DNA of 53,803 nucleotides, the filler included, from Basidiobolus ranarum (taxonomy: Eukaryota): NCBI GenBank assembly GCA_040143965.1. It is 4 parts of 4 records of this genome, joined end to end, with 100 filler letters (N's around TTAATTAATTAA, not from the genome) between each part and the next. Parts side by side here need not be neighbours in the genome. Positions count along the whole stretch, not along the records: positions 1 to 13,391 come from JASJQH010000486.1; positions 13,492 to 26,874 come from JASJQH010000487.1; 2 more parts are not named here. One strand, written 5' to 3'. Below are positions 1 through 15,699 of the stretch, piece after piece; the stretch's first letter is position 1, and each line of letters begins with the position of its first letter. The translations under genes were made by a program, and so were the position numbers. The notes under the pieces were generated by a model. The model searched no databases and was not told where the DNA came from. It was given only the letters and a program-made list of their open reading frames with translations.

Positions 1-897
1 CTACATATGCACATATTTGACTGATTAGACATAACTCAACAACATCAATATGCTTTACCAGCAAACTAACGGTGGAAAAATTGCTAAACATCTGAAATTT
101 TGAATAGCACATATTAGCATATATTTTCTTTGGTAACCAAACAGTTCATTATCGTAGTTATTTACCTGAGTAATCTGATGAATTAGATGTGTTTTATCCG
201 ATTCTACTTCCTCATAGTCAGGTGGTAAGTCGAATTCCACTTGACGTTTCAAAAACTGCAATCTGGATTTGGCCATACTTAAGGGAGTTCGCTGTCTTGC
301 ATCGGCTATTTCTAGATTAGCACCTGCTGCTAGAAGTATAGATACACATTCTAAGTTTCCTGAAGTTACAGCTAAAAAGGCATCAGGCTACGGTACTTCA
401 TGAAATCATGCTTAAATAAAACGGTAATTCACCTAACAAAAGGGGTGTACTTCCATTGACATCGCGTGAATTTACTTTTGCACCACTTGTAATCAATAAA
501 TTTATCAATTCAAGGCAACCAGCTGCACATGCAAAGTGTAAAGGAGTACGTAGGCGTTCATCATAACAAGTAGCTTTAGTCCCTTTTTCTAATAGCTGTT
601 TGACTGATATATTTTAAAATATATATATGTTTAGTATTAACGAAAAAAATTTCACTCTTTTGTTCAAGTAAAAGAAAGTTTTGTCAAGTAATGATTGAAT
701 ATACCTCGGGGAATATCACGGCTAGCAGTTGCGTCAAGTAGCTCAGTTTCGTCATATGTAAGTACTAAAGTACGAGCTCCTTTGAGTAAAATATCTCGAG
801 CGGTACTGGTATTTTTGTGTATTTTGGGTTGAGCAATACGGCGAAGCCCCTGGCCAAGCGCGTCTTTGTAGTCTCTACGGTTGAATTTTCTACTCAT
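1..897 (-). CDS. Ankyrin-repeat protein (multi-exon, 3' end probably outside window)
   Basis: Splicing a GT-AG intron (604-704) and a second short intron gives ...RDIPRVKQLLEKGTKATCYDERLRTPLHFACAAGCLELINLLITSGAKVNSRDVNGSTPLLLAVTSGNLECVSILLAAGANLEIADARQRTPL, i.e. tandem TPLH/TPLL ankyrin motifs. Confidence 0.85.
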
Positions 898-1214
898 TGT
901 AGAAATTCAAAGTTAACAAATGTTATGTCCTAAAGTAAACAACATGGTGTGTGTGCCCCTTATGTTCAATTTCATAGTGTGCAATGTGATCTAAAATCTG
1001 ATTATTTTGCTTGGTTTCCCCTACAATAGTGGTCAATTCGGAAGTGACTGCGGCAATTGAATGCTCATATATTCTGATCGGAGTACGAATTAGATTGGTT
1101 GGTTGTCGTAGTGCTCTTTTATTATATGTTTATCTTTTATTAACTACAAACAAGGATTACATCAGACAATTTTCGCAAAGCTTTTCGAAAATCACCTTAG
1201 AAGGTTACATAAAC

Positions 1215-2990
<1,776 letters not shown>

Positions 2991-3408
2991 ACAGCTTAAG
3001 TTTGACCTCTGAATATTTGGTCAAATCCTATAGACTTTATAAACTCTGTTCATATCAAGAATTATGTATATTAAATCAGCATTTACTCTATCCCATATTG
3101 AATTCTAGAAGCACCTCTTTCTTCAGAGACTCATTAATCAGATCCCAGAGAATAATATACATCTCTAGCTATTCCTTCAAACATGCTTATGTGGCTTGAA
3201 TGTTCAATCTTTGGACGACTTGATGCATAAACGGGATAATGAGCGAACAAGTATCATATGACGGGTGAAATTACCCAAGGAAATACCTTATTTAGAAAAG
3301 CGAATACTGGTTGATCACGTTGTTACGATTGATCTATTACTTGTGACGTTCAAAGTATTCTTCTTCATAGTTGTTTCTTTTTGATACTATCAAAGCTTTG
3401 AGTCTAAT

Positions 3409-4166
3409 ATGTCTAAAGCACTTAGAACCGCGAGTGTTTCACGTAAAACAAATGAGACTGATATTAACATCTCTCTAACCTTGGGCGACATTCACACTGA
3501 GAATCAAATAATTGACATTAGCACTGGAATTGGCTTTCTTGATCATGTAATACCACCATCAAAACGTACTTTGACTATTGAAAAAAGATACAGTATATTA
3601 AAATTGAAGTATATTCTCTTTACTAGATGTACCATGCTTTAGCCAAACATTCTCGTTGGTCTCTTACCTTAGCCTGCACAGGTGATATTCATATCGATGA
3701 TCACCACACCGCTGAAGACACTGCCATTGCTCTAGGAATGGCATTCAAACAGGCTCTTGGCGAACCACGTGGTATCAAAAGATTTGGTTATGCGTATGCT
3801 CCTTTAGATGAAGTAAGTTAATGTATTCAAATTGGTCTTGCATTCTTTTTTTCTCAAATACAAACTTATCCTTTTTACAAACAGGCTCTATCTCGTGCCG
3901 TAGTGGATATTTCTGGACGTCCACATGCAGAGATAGATTTAGGTCTAAAGCGTGAGATGATTGGACAACTATCTTGTGAAATGATTCCCCACGTTTTTCA
4001 GTCCTTTGCCACTGCCGCAGGTATTACACTTCATGTAGATGTTATCAAGGGATTCAATGATCATCATCGAGCTGAGTCTGCTTTTAAAGCCACTGCCGTT
4101 GCTTTACGTGAAGCCATTGCGTTTACTGGAACTAACGATGTCCCAAGTACCAAGGGAGTTCTGTAA
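3409..4166 (+). CDS. HIS3: Imidazoleglycerol-phosphate dehydratase (3 exons)
   Basis: [49 protein letters not shown] motifs across ORFs 3409-3642, 3627-3821 and 3903-4166, joined by GT-AG introns. Confidence 0.97.
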
Positions 4167-4440
4167 ATCAATTTAACGAATTTAAGCTTGCAATAAGAAT
4201 AAAAAGTAGTTAGATACCTAAATAATTTCTAGGTTTTGTTTGAGGAGATAATCATGCACGTGTGGTCAATGTGAATTATCTACAACCATACGAGTATAAA
4301 GATAGAGAAAAATCCATTGATTTCCTACAAAAACCCATCGTGGATTGATGTTTACTTCCTGAACATCAATATGGGTGTCTTTATTTAAAAAGCACGTAAA
4401 CATTCCAAATAACTATCATGTGTTGTCATAGATTTCTTAT

Positions 4441-6830
4441 TTACAAGTCCATAGTATCTTCTGACTTGATCTCCATGGCGCCAGTAGTAGTAGGCTCTAG
4501 AGGATCTTGAGTAATCGTAATATCTAAGATTAGGCTTAAGTCGGTTTACGACGTAAGAGATGAACTGGGAGCAATACCTTTAGACTCAATAGTACCATCC
4601 GATGATGAGAGCATGGCAGCCTCTCCTTCAGGAGAAGGTAGTTTAGAGATAGAAAGTCGTGAATTTCGAACGGGATTTAGCCTCATTCGGGTTCTTTTTG
4701 GCTTCACAGAAGTGTCGTTCTTAAAATTATGCTGATTTCGACGATTGTCTCCATCATCTTCGGAATCAGAAAGCTCGCCCTCTGTAGTCACGTAGCTATC
4801 TCTCTTTTTCTCTGGAAATAATCAATGTTTAAACCTGGCACAAATCAAACCATTCTAGGGGGTATATCTTACGAGAAATACGTTCGTTGGGATCATCATT
4901 ATCTTCATCATCGGATTGGTAATTTACTGTAGGGATATCTGGTTATAAAGATACAAATCCGACTTTTAGAGCGGTTTCTTGGCTGTGTAACAATTATTCT
5001 TTACCAACCTTGCATTTGAACACTTGGAACGAATTTTGTACGAGATAAGTTCTCAAGCACCTTGACCCTTTAATATCATTAGTTGAACGAATTGAAATAT
5101 AGCCATACATTATTCATGCGCTTACTTGATCTTTTCAAGATACTCTCTAGTGTTTAGATTCTGCATATTACTTGGTTTAACCTCGAGCTTGTAATCGGGT
5201 CCAAAATATTCCATATACTCATTGGGAGGGATATCTACATTAAACATAGAGTTAGTTGAAGCTGTGAAGGATCTTGATTCGATTCTTCTGCTATCATGAA
5301 TTACCTTCAGGAAGATCTTCCCCAACTATGACACCAGTTTCATAGGCCCAAGCTCTGGAGACATTACGGATAGTATACCCACCCCCACCAAGGACCAACG
5401 TCGGTAAGTTGAAGCTTTTCACGAATTTCACGCAATTAGCGTGTCCTATGGTTCAAGTATGACACTGATCAGTAATTTGTATCGAAGTGACTGAGCAATG
5501 AATGATAACACACCTTTAAGAGACAAATTAAAGCATCCGAGTTTATCACCAGATAGCGAATCTGCACCACACTGTAACACTACAGCAGAAGGTTGATACC
5601 AGTCCATGACATGTCGAACCACCTGAAAATTCAAAAGTTAGAATCCAAACGTATAGGAGATATTGAATATGAAGAGTTACATACCGGTTCGAAAACACTT
5701 TGGTAACTATCATCATCGATACCTTCCCGAAGTGGGAAGTTGACCGCATAATTCTTACCCTTGCCAACACCAATATCCTAAAGTGAACTTGATCATTTAA
5801 TATCATTCCAAATGAAGAATGATCTTTTATAACTTACCCGAAGCTCACCAGTACCAGGGAAATATTCACCATACTTATGAAAGCTAACTGTCATTACTCT
5901 GTCGGTAGCATAAAAGGCCTCTTCAACACCATCTCCATGATGTACATCGATGTCAATGTAAACAACTCTGGGATGATACCTGAATAAACAAAGTGAACGT
6001 TTGTTAAACACATAAACTGTAAGATCATGAACAAGAGTTATCAACCTTAGCAACTCGATAATGGCCAAAACAATATCATTAACGTAACAAAATCCACTGG
6101 CTTCGGATTTTTTGGCATGATGTAAACCTCCAGACCAGTTTATACAGATATCCGAGATATTTTGATTTAACCTGGCGGCGCTTTCTATACAGGGATTGGC
6201 ATATAAGTCAAAATGAAGTATAAACCTACATACATATTCAACAACTATATACCGAGGGAACCACCAGAGGAAATTGTACAATACTCGTAAAGTCCATCAA
6301 AGACTGGGCAGTCATCTCCTACATTGACTTCGATAAAAAATATACTAAATACCTCATTCTAACATTCTATATATGCTCTTTCGGTAATACATTTCACTTG
6401 CTCTTTAACAAACTGGTCTACTGTTTCCGGTGAAACTCGTTGTAAAAAATCAATATATTCTTCTGTATGAAACTGCGTCATTTCCTCCCTGGTACCAGGC
6501 CTAGCACGCTATAATAAAAGGTCAAGGAATAGCAATAAATTGACTACCTTCATACTTGTCTATGTAATAGTAATACATTGTATATCTATTATGGAAAAAG
6601 GATACATATATGTCCAGTTTATTATACAGACCGTAGTTCATGCAAAGTGTATGTGTCATACGAATTCTGTGAGGTTTCATTGGATGTCCAGGGCCATAGT
6701 GGTATTGACTGATATTGGCTAAGAATAATAATATAACTTGAGTATCATAGAAGAGATATATAAAGTTTTAAAGAAAGAAAAACTTACGATCGTAAAAGTA
6801 GGAAATACGTTTTCTTGTCTCACCAGACAT
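4441..6830 (-). CDS. RPD3: Class I histone deacetylase (Rpd3/HDAC1-2 type), multi-exon
   Basis: [14 protein letters not shown]...[11 protein letters not shown]...DCPVFDG...[21 protein letters not shown]...[15 protein letters not shown]...[10 protein letters not shown]...[10 protein letters not shown]...[10 protein letters not shown] final 54-nt GT-AG intron bypasses the TAA at 4546 and gives a stop at 4441. Confidence 0.96.
6509..6605 (-). other. U12-type (minor spliceosome) GT-AG intron in RPD3
   Basis: 5' splice site GTATCCTTTTT; branch sequence TTCCTTGAC (6521-6529) about 13 nt from the 3' TAG; removal joins DIY|RARP in frame. Confidence 0.88.
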
Positions 6831-7568
6831 TGATATGAAATATACAAGGTTCTATAATTCAAGAAACTAGTGTTATTTCATTCAAGGTCAAACCAAACGA
6901 TTTGATTTTATGGACCATCGTGATTCGAACCTATGACTCTAGTTAACTTGTTAAAACCATTCACTATGTTCTACCTCTATAGATGTTTATCAAAATGGAT
7001 ATCTAACCAACACTTTATGTTCCAAAAGAGCTAGCTATAAATATCAACCACAAATGATTGATGTTGATAGCTTTGACTCGACCTGTAGCTCATATGCTAT
7101 ATGCTAATATTATTTTTATAAACTATCCTCTTTTTATCACAATACAATACAATCTAACACGAAGTTAAGCCAAGTATTCCAAAATATAGAATACAATGAC
7201 TTTAGTTTACTTTTGCAACAAACCATTTCTTTTTACCATATCACCCTCCTCTTCCATATTGAACAAGGCAGTTCAATTTGTAACAGGGATATTATGGCAT
7301 TTCTTAAATGAGGTGAAGAAACGCGTGACAACAGGCTGATTAAGGAGCAATTAAGCTATTTCATACGATCCACCTTGAGTTAGATGCTGATCATTCAAAT
7401 CACACACAAATTCCGAATTATAATTACGTGATCATAGAATTGTCGAACCCATCACCATATACACGACGAAGATTATTCAATTTTAACTTGCTACATATTA
7501 GAAGTTAAATATTGTAGAGCAAAGAAAGCGTATCCATTTTCTATATAGTTAATATACTTTACGAAGAA

Positions 7569-10500
7569 ATGGTACTAGATTCTGAAGCGAATACTATCAA
7601 TGAAGAGGAAAAAGCAAAGTCGGAAAACACGTACCAGAAATGGTTCACAGGTTGAGACATTACGTTAGGACAGTTCTTTATAAGAGTTAGTTTACTTAAA
7701 GTCTCTTACTAGAATTCCTCTGCCAGCAGGGTATTACCTTAAATACGACGTACACTATTGTTGCTTTCATCGATTTTACCAGTACGCCTTTTCGAGAAAC
7801 TTCAAGAAGCGTTTTGAATCTGCTTGATAGCTCTACTACAGTAAAACACAAATTTTTGTTCTTTTAATTTGACGACACCATTGAAAAATTTCCTTCTTTA
7901 AATATATAGAATAATGAGGCTCATAACTCGGATCCTAAACATAAATCCCCTCCAGATTTGGTAAATTATTTATTGCAATTCTAAAATTCAGTTACATGCT
8001 TACCGGTTACCTTTTCTAGGAACGACTCCAAGTCTATTGTGATGCCAGCAGCTGCATTCTATACTTGAGCATATCTCTTAATTTAACAGCTCAGGATATT
8101 TTGGCTCTATCAGAAGTTAAAGAGGGTACCTCTGTTGATAAGGTAATTGAGTTCTTAGGATCGTTAAAAACACCATAGTACCAATCCACTAAAATTGGTA
8201 ACAGGATGATCTGTCGCTGTTAGAATACCAAACGTTCCGGACATTGCTGTTCACTTTTCTGATTTCAGATTTGGTTGTGGTAAGCTAGAAAGTGTTTTTA
8301 AGATTTGATCATTTGTAAAGTCTACTAATATGACCTCAAATAGATTTTAAACGATTCTAGACTTTTAACTTCGACTATAATTTCCACCTTACGGTTACTA
8401 TCTACTTTGAAACGAAGAATATTTCCTCTCTTAACTGCTTTCGAAGAACAATATTCAAGTGGGAATGGAGATGGCCCACATGTAGATATCGGTAGAGGAT
8501 TAAGTCACTTTGTTCGAAAAGTCCCAACTATTTCATTCGTTTTCCACGGCGTAAGAATATTCTGAAAATGCTGACTTGAAAACATCCTAATCCCAATACA
8601 CTATATTAGACATCTTCGAACCTTACAACACGCAAATTTCTGTTCAACTTGGAATCTAGGATCAAATTCATATTTCGTGCTTGCGGTTTGTTGGAACATC
8701 ATGAACGTCACTTTAAATACGATGGGTACAGTTGGCCATTCTTTTCGTACCTTCAGAATGTATTGATCTAACACGCGAGATCTAGTCGACAGCTGTTTTC
8801 CTTATCTCCCAACTCCTCCAATCAGAGTTTTGTTCATTTTGCTAGCTGGAACACGGAAAGTAATCCAGTGATGGATCTATTGAATCACTATTTCCGTGTC
8901 CCTACCGTAGAGAGACCATCATGGGAACAGCTGGGAAAAGATGATGGTAATATCGACTTTGACCACGTTGTTACCCTGAAAAACCAACTACTTGAATGGA
9001 TTAAGAGGTCCTATGAGCTGAGAAGTAAAAGGAATTTTAGCGAAACCACGGTATGTCTCTACAACTCTCCCATCGATCCAATCCCACGAGTTTTCTTATC
9101 AATGGGATTCCACTCTAGGCCCTTGAAATTGGTTATTGGGTAGAAGCCAGTGGTTTTCTGTTTGCAAAGATCTTTGTGTCAGTGTCTAATGCCGATCGAA
9201 AGAAATCAATGGAGGAAATTGTATACCGAAAGCTTAAGGATTATGTGGAATTGGATCGTCACGTGTCATTATGGTAATTCTCTAGTGTTTCATTTCATTA
9301 TTCGCGAATGTTAACATTCTGCTATTCAGTCATTGCAAACAAGCTATGAAGAAATCCGTTGACTGGTATATATCCGAATGTCCCCCGCATTACACGGAAC
9401 AACTACATGAACATAAGGTGTGTTTGTCCCTGTCATGTCCTATGCAAAGGCTATCAAGCTAATATGTGTATCAGTTGAATCAGGCTTTACAGCATTATCG
9501 TTCAATGGCGCGTGGCCCTTGTTCTAGTGAGTTTCTTAACAGTGTCAAAAAGGAATGCCAAAAGTACTGGGAGAACGGTCATCAAAGATGCGAGGCTAGT
9601 AGTCTTACCGGACACGAGTGTGGCTTATCAGTATGCAGTTCTCTTATTTTAAGACCCCATCAAAGGACATTACTAAAATCATGTATCTATCACCTAGAAT
9701 ATACATGGAACTGGCAAAGAAAGCTCAAGAGGTGGAGGTAAACGTGATGCCAAGCACAAATCCCCTTTCCAGGCTCTACACGCCTGCAATTGTGGGCGCA
9801 GTAGACGTGTAAGAGACGATCCTTTCTCTCTTAAAGTGCGTAGCTCATAGTAACATACAGATGTAGCCTTCGAAACATTACTAACCCAAAACACCTACTT
9901 ACAGGAAGCCAACTATGGGTTCTTCAAAATCCCAGAATGCTGCAACAACGATGATATCGTAAGTTATGACTTCCCTGTGGAGTCTTTTGATACACCTATG
10001 TGGTCCCTAGTTAGAATAGGACCCAGCAACTTTTATAGACCACTCTTTGGATTGGAAAAATGGGATGGGTTTATTGGGAATTGTAATTTCCTGATGCCAT
10101 GGTGTATACCATCTGACGAGACACTCAACTCTAGGCCCGAGTATAGACGAAAAGATTCTACATCTTTGTCAAATGGTAAATTCCTTTCTTTATCCGATCT
10201 GTCTGATATTCAGCCGTACGCTTATTCACTTGGACACTCTATTTGTAACATAGGAAACAATAGTGCATTGAAAGAGGATACTGCAAATAGAGATCAAGAG
10301 AGACTCTCGGAGCATTCAAATAGGTCTGGTTTCGATGATAAGCCAAGACGCTCTCGTAGAAACAGGCGTAATCGTGGTGTAGGAAAACATGGACGTGACG
10401 GAAGATCAAAGCCTAATGGGTATCTTGGCATTGAGTACGAATGCCCTTTGGGTCATCGTTTCTTGAGCTGTGGAAGCGGGCGTGTGTGCAAACTAGGCCA

Positions 10501-11072
10501 TACAGAGATGGTAAAGTGGCTTGTATATTGACCTATCTATATGCATGTGTTAAGCCATTCGTTTCGTGTCATTATAGGAAGAAGCTCATTCCCTGATCGA
10601 GCAGGACTTCCCAATTTACATTACGTGCCCATGCAGTAATACCACTACTGGTCCTCCCATCAATGCGCAATTACAACGAATCATCATGGTTACTCCCAGC
10701 GCACCTATCAACTGTGTATTATCACCTACAGTCAAGGTAACCTAACTTCGATAAGGTCAAAAGTCATGGATTCTCTAACTTTTTTGCTATTCAAGATCGA
10801 AGTAAACGAACGCCTGATCTCGGTGCCTCTGTGTAACGATGAAGGCCTCACACTGCCTAAGGAAAGCTTTATGGTTTTGAGGCTCCCGTATCCTTTTGCA
10901 ATATGATTGTACATTCTCAATGATTGAAATCAAACGTTAGACCCTTAACCACTTCTAAAGATACATCTACTATGACGGTAAAGCCGCTATTGCCCCGCCA
11001 CCCAACGAACTGAAGTCCAAATTTTACTTGGCCAAGAACTTTCTTCATACTCATAGTAGCGAGGAGCCCTAG
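7569..11072 (+). CDS. SMG8: SMG8-like subunit of the SMG1-SMG8-SMG9 NMD kinase complex, multi-exon
   Basis: Spliced motifs CQKYWENGHQRCEASSLTGHEC, ACNCGRSRRVRDDPFSLKEANYGFF, YLGIEYECPLGHRF, LPIYITCPC, AQLQRIIMVTP, LRLPYIY match my recollection of SMG8-family motifs. The start codon is inferred. Confidence 0.85.
10888..10960 (+). other. U12-type GT-AG intron (last intron of SMG8)
   Basis: 5' splice site GTATCCTTTT; branch sequence CCCTTAAC (10942-10949) just upstream of AAG; removal restores LRLP|YIY. Confidence 0.88.
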
Positions 11073-11710
11073 TGAGTAATTTTTCCATTTGCCATATTTC
11101 CTAAGAAAATTTTCTCCCTCTTGGACAGCTTGGTTGATTGGGAAGAAAAGCTGTTACCTTGTATTTCCTTGAATCAGGATGGGATTGGGCTATGCTCGAT
11201 ACCTAGATTTCAGATCTTATAAGAGTTCAGTTTCCTTTTTACCTGAACACTTCATGTAGCCATAGCCGTAGCCCATCTTATGATCAAATCAACTTGGCCT
11301 CTCACTGGAACCTTCTCGCTATGCCAGTTCAGGTCGAGAACTTCCTGCTTATAATAATTCAATTCTCCCCACCTGTTGAAGTAAATAAATGGAAGTTATC
11401 TAACCATTCGATGTAGTGTGTACTTTGATCATTTAATCTAGTGAGCAGATGTGCTATTTTCTAGATCTAGTTAATAAACAGGTTTACTCCGCCGGGTGGA
11501 TTCCGAATTGGTGGAAATCTTTTTTTCTTGCATTGTGACAAGGGTATATATGGTTAGTACGATTTACCCAATCAAGCCCCAGAATCGAGGCATATAAGTT
11601 TACTAGCATGAGACGATTAACAGAGGTGAACGCTTTCAGATTGATTGAATCGGACCTTCACTGGTAACACGCTCGTAAAATTCGATAACCATAATAATTC
11701 TACTTGTTAA

Positions 11711-12958
<1,248 letters not shown>

Positions 12959-13391
12959 AATAGATTAATTTCTCAAACACGCCCCTTTGTAATATTCACT
13001 TCATCATATATATTCATGCTAATGCAAAATACCCAATTCATTCCATTTACATTCACACCCTTTTCACTTTATCATATCAAATGGCACAATCCGCTATCAT
13101 ATACCCTTTTCTGACAATCTTGTGAAATACAGCATATTAAGTGGATGAGACTAACCTCAATTTGTTCTCTAACAAATATATCATAAACTTGTGTTCTTAG
13201 ATAGCCAGGTATCAAGCTAGTAACATGGCTTGGCACCAAATTCCTCAAGAGATTAGCATATAAGGTATTGCTAGATTTTACAAAATATTTAATCTTCCTA
13301 CCCCTAACAAAAATAAAATCGATTTGATCCGGATCGGATCCACCCTCCGAAATAGCAAAACCGTCAGAGAACCGTCACAATATCGTTGGCT

Positions 13392-13491
13392 NNNNNNNNN
13401 NNNNNNNNNNNNNNNNNNNNNNNNNNNNNNNNNNNTTAATTAATTAANNNNNNNNNNNNNNNNNNNNNNNNNNNNNNNNNNNNNNNNNNNN
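13392..13491. other. Assembly gap with artificial TTAATTAATTAA linker
   Basis: 100-nt N run with a central 12-mer that gives stops in all six frames; identical design at all three gaps. Confidence 0.95.
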
Positions 13492-15205
13492 TGGGAGCTG
13501 TTCAAGAGCTCTGGTTTAATCAAATCTGTCAAAAAATTGGATCTAATTCATTCAGATTTGTGTGGATATATGCAAAATTTATCTGTAGGCAGAAAATGAT
13601 ATTTAATCACATTTATTGATGATTATACAAGATACACTTGGATCTAATTTATTTAAAGAAAAGAAGCCCTCTCTATCTTTAGATATCTTGAAACACTTGT
13701 GGAGACTGAAACTGGAGCTAAAATCAAGAAAATACATGCTGATAGTGGTGGAGAATATACTGCAACACTATTTAATCACTTTAGCAAAGTTCATGGAATT
13801 AGGCAAGAAACTACTGCCTCCTATTGATCTCAACAAAATGGTGTTGCTGAAAGAGCTTACAGGAATATAATAGAAATGGCAAGATCCATGCTAAGTACAT
13901 AAAATTGAAAATGAGATTTTCACCCAAAATATCCCCAGATGATGATGAAAATCAATTTTCTCCTGATTCAATCATTCAAATTGATTCAAAGTAAAACAAT
14001 GAAAAAAATAGCATTCCTGTAGTCCCTTCAATCAAAATTTTGCCTACTGAAGTGCCCAATACAATGCCATAAGTTGTAATACTGATATCACAAACTAGAA
14101 GATCAAATTTGATCAGAAATAGCCCTGATTACTAAATCAATGAGTCACCAAATTGGGCCTATGCCTGAACAGCTCAAATACATCAATCTCAGATGGCAAA
14201 AGAGGTGCCAAATGGACCTCACATAAGATTTTGGAGATCTGCAATGGCTGATAAGTTCCAGGCTTTGAATTGATAACCAAATTTGGACTTTAACACTTAC
14301 CTGATGATAGAAAATCAATTGGCTGCCAATGGGTGTTTGAAGCTAAATACAATTTGGATAGAAATATAGAAAGATACAATGCTTGACTAGTAGCCAAAGG
14401 CTATTCCAAAGCACCAGGAATAGATCACACAGAAATTTTTGCTCCTGTAGCAAAGTTTAATTCAGTTAGAATGATTTTAGCAATAGCAGCTAAATATCAG
14501 TTTATTATATAGCAAACGGATATTAAAGCTACTTTTTTGAGTAGTGAGCTTGCTCAGCAGTTCTATATGGACCAGCCAGAAGGATTTGTGGCCCCAGAAA
14601 ACCCTAAATAAGATAGCAGACCCTAGAAAACACTCTTGGCTTAAAACAGTCTCCAAGAGCTTAGAATAGCAAGATAGACTCTTTTTTTGAAACACTCAAA
14701 TTCCAAATAAGTAATGCAGACTATAGCATCTACTTCAGCCCAGATAAGACAAGCCCATCTTTACTATTCATATCTGTAGATGAACTTGTTATAACAACCA
14801 AGTACTTGAAGACTTTAGAGAAAACCAAATCCAGCTTATCTACCAGATTCAAAATGATTGATCTTAGTGAACTAACATACTTTCTAGGAATCTAAATTAA
14901 GATAGATAGAACAACCAGAACAATAACTTTCAACCAGTCTAGGTATATCATAAATATACTAAAGAAGTTTAAAATGGAAGAATATAATCCAGTATCTACC
15001 TCAATTGAGACAAATCTTAACCTGACCAAAAATGGCTCAAATTGGATGTTGTTGGATTCAAATGAAAGCCAGAAATTTCCTTATCAACCTATGGTTGGTA
15101 GTTTGATGTATATCATGGTTGGAACATGACCAGGTATTGCATATTCTGTGGGAGTTGTGTGCCAATATATTCAAAATTATGGATCTCATCAAATCACAGC
15201 ATAAG
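13492..15205 (+). mobile_element. Degenerate Ty1/copia retrotransposon pol (integrase followed by RT)
   Basis: Broken frames read DLIHSDLCG..YLITFIDDYTRYTW, DSGGEY, QQNGVAER (integrase), then [55 protein letters not shown] (copia RT). Many stops and frameshifts. Confidence 0.92.
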
Positions 15206-15218
15206 ATGCTATGGATCT

Positions 15219-15564
15219 TGTTGAAATTAGCATTGCCTAAGCACCTGTATAGTCATATATAGCTTAGTACCTAGTTATCCTAAATTTCACTAAGCTATTA
15301 TCCATTATTCTCAATTGGAATTTACTTACAATATTTCTACAAACTTACAAGTTCTCAGATGTATTTATTTTTCAACTTATTCTAGAAGCCCCACACTCTG
15401 CACACATATCCCTGTGCCCTTTTCTAACACATTTACATGTTAGTTTGCTTACATCTGGACAAAACTATAATTGTCAGCATTCTACTCAATAAATCAACAA
15501 GTGAAAACCACCAATTTCTCTTATTCTCCAAACCACTTCCAACTGGCTCCCAAATACTTCAACA
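15219..15564 (+). mobile_element. Solo LTR (family A) with near-perfect 5-bp TSD
   Basis: Ends TGTTGAA...TTCAACA; flanks are GATCT and TATCT; homologous to the inverted copy at 26975-27321. Confidence 0.8.
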
Positions 15565-15699
15565 TATCTCACAGCTTACTGATCAAATGTCTTACTCTTC
15601 ATATATATTGGCTACTATAAAGTAGGTACAAGGGCTTATAAATCAAGGTCAGACAGCATAATTGCTTGATTTCCTTGTTATCATTTTTTCATCCTATTT

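Noticed and set aside
4441-4548. Apparent stop-codon read-through at the RPD3 C-terminus
   Set aside because: A 54-nt GT-AG intron with a CTAAT branch site removes the TAA and keeps the frame.
6910-6975. tRNA-like signal on the minus strand (GGTTCGAATC, GGTAGA)
   Set aside because: T-stem and acceptor stem do not pair; at most a relic or isolated B-box.
11215-11256. SECIS-like ATGA-N11-AA hairpin on the minus strand
   Set aside because: The 3' arm lacks the GA needed for the non-canonical quartet, and no credible selenoprotein ORF is adjacent.
10988-11609. Possible spliced antisense ORF with in-frame TGA between SMG8 and ARO3
   Set aside because: Needs very short introns (32-40 nt) without clear branch sites and matches no family I recognise; likely overfitting.
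13436-13447. TTAATTAATTAA inside N runs (also 26919-26930 and 40395-40406)
   Set aside because: Identical position in three 100-nt gaps; artificial scaffold linker.
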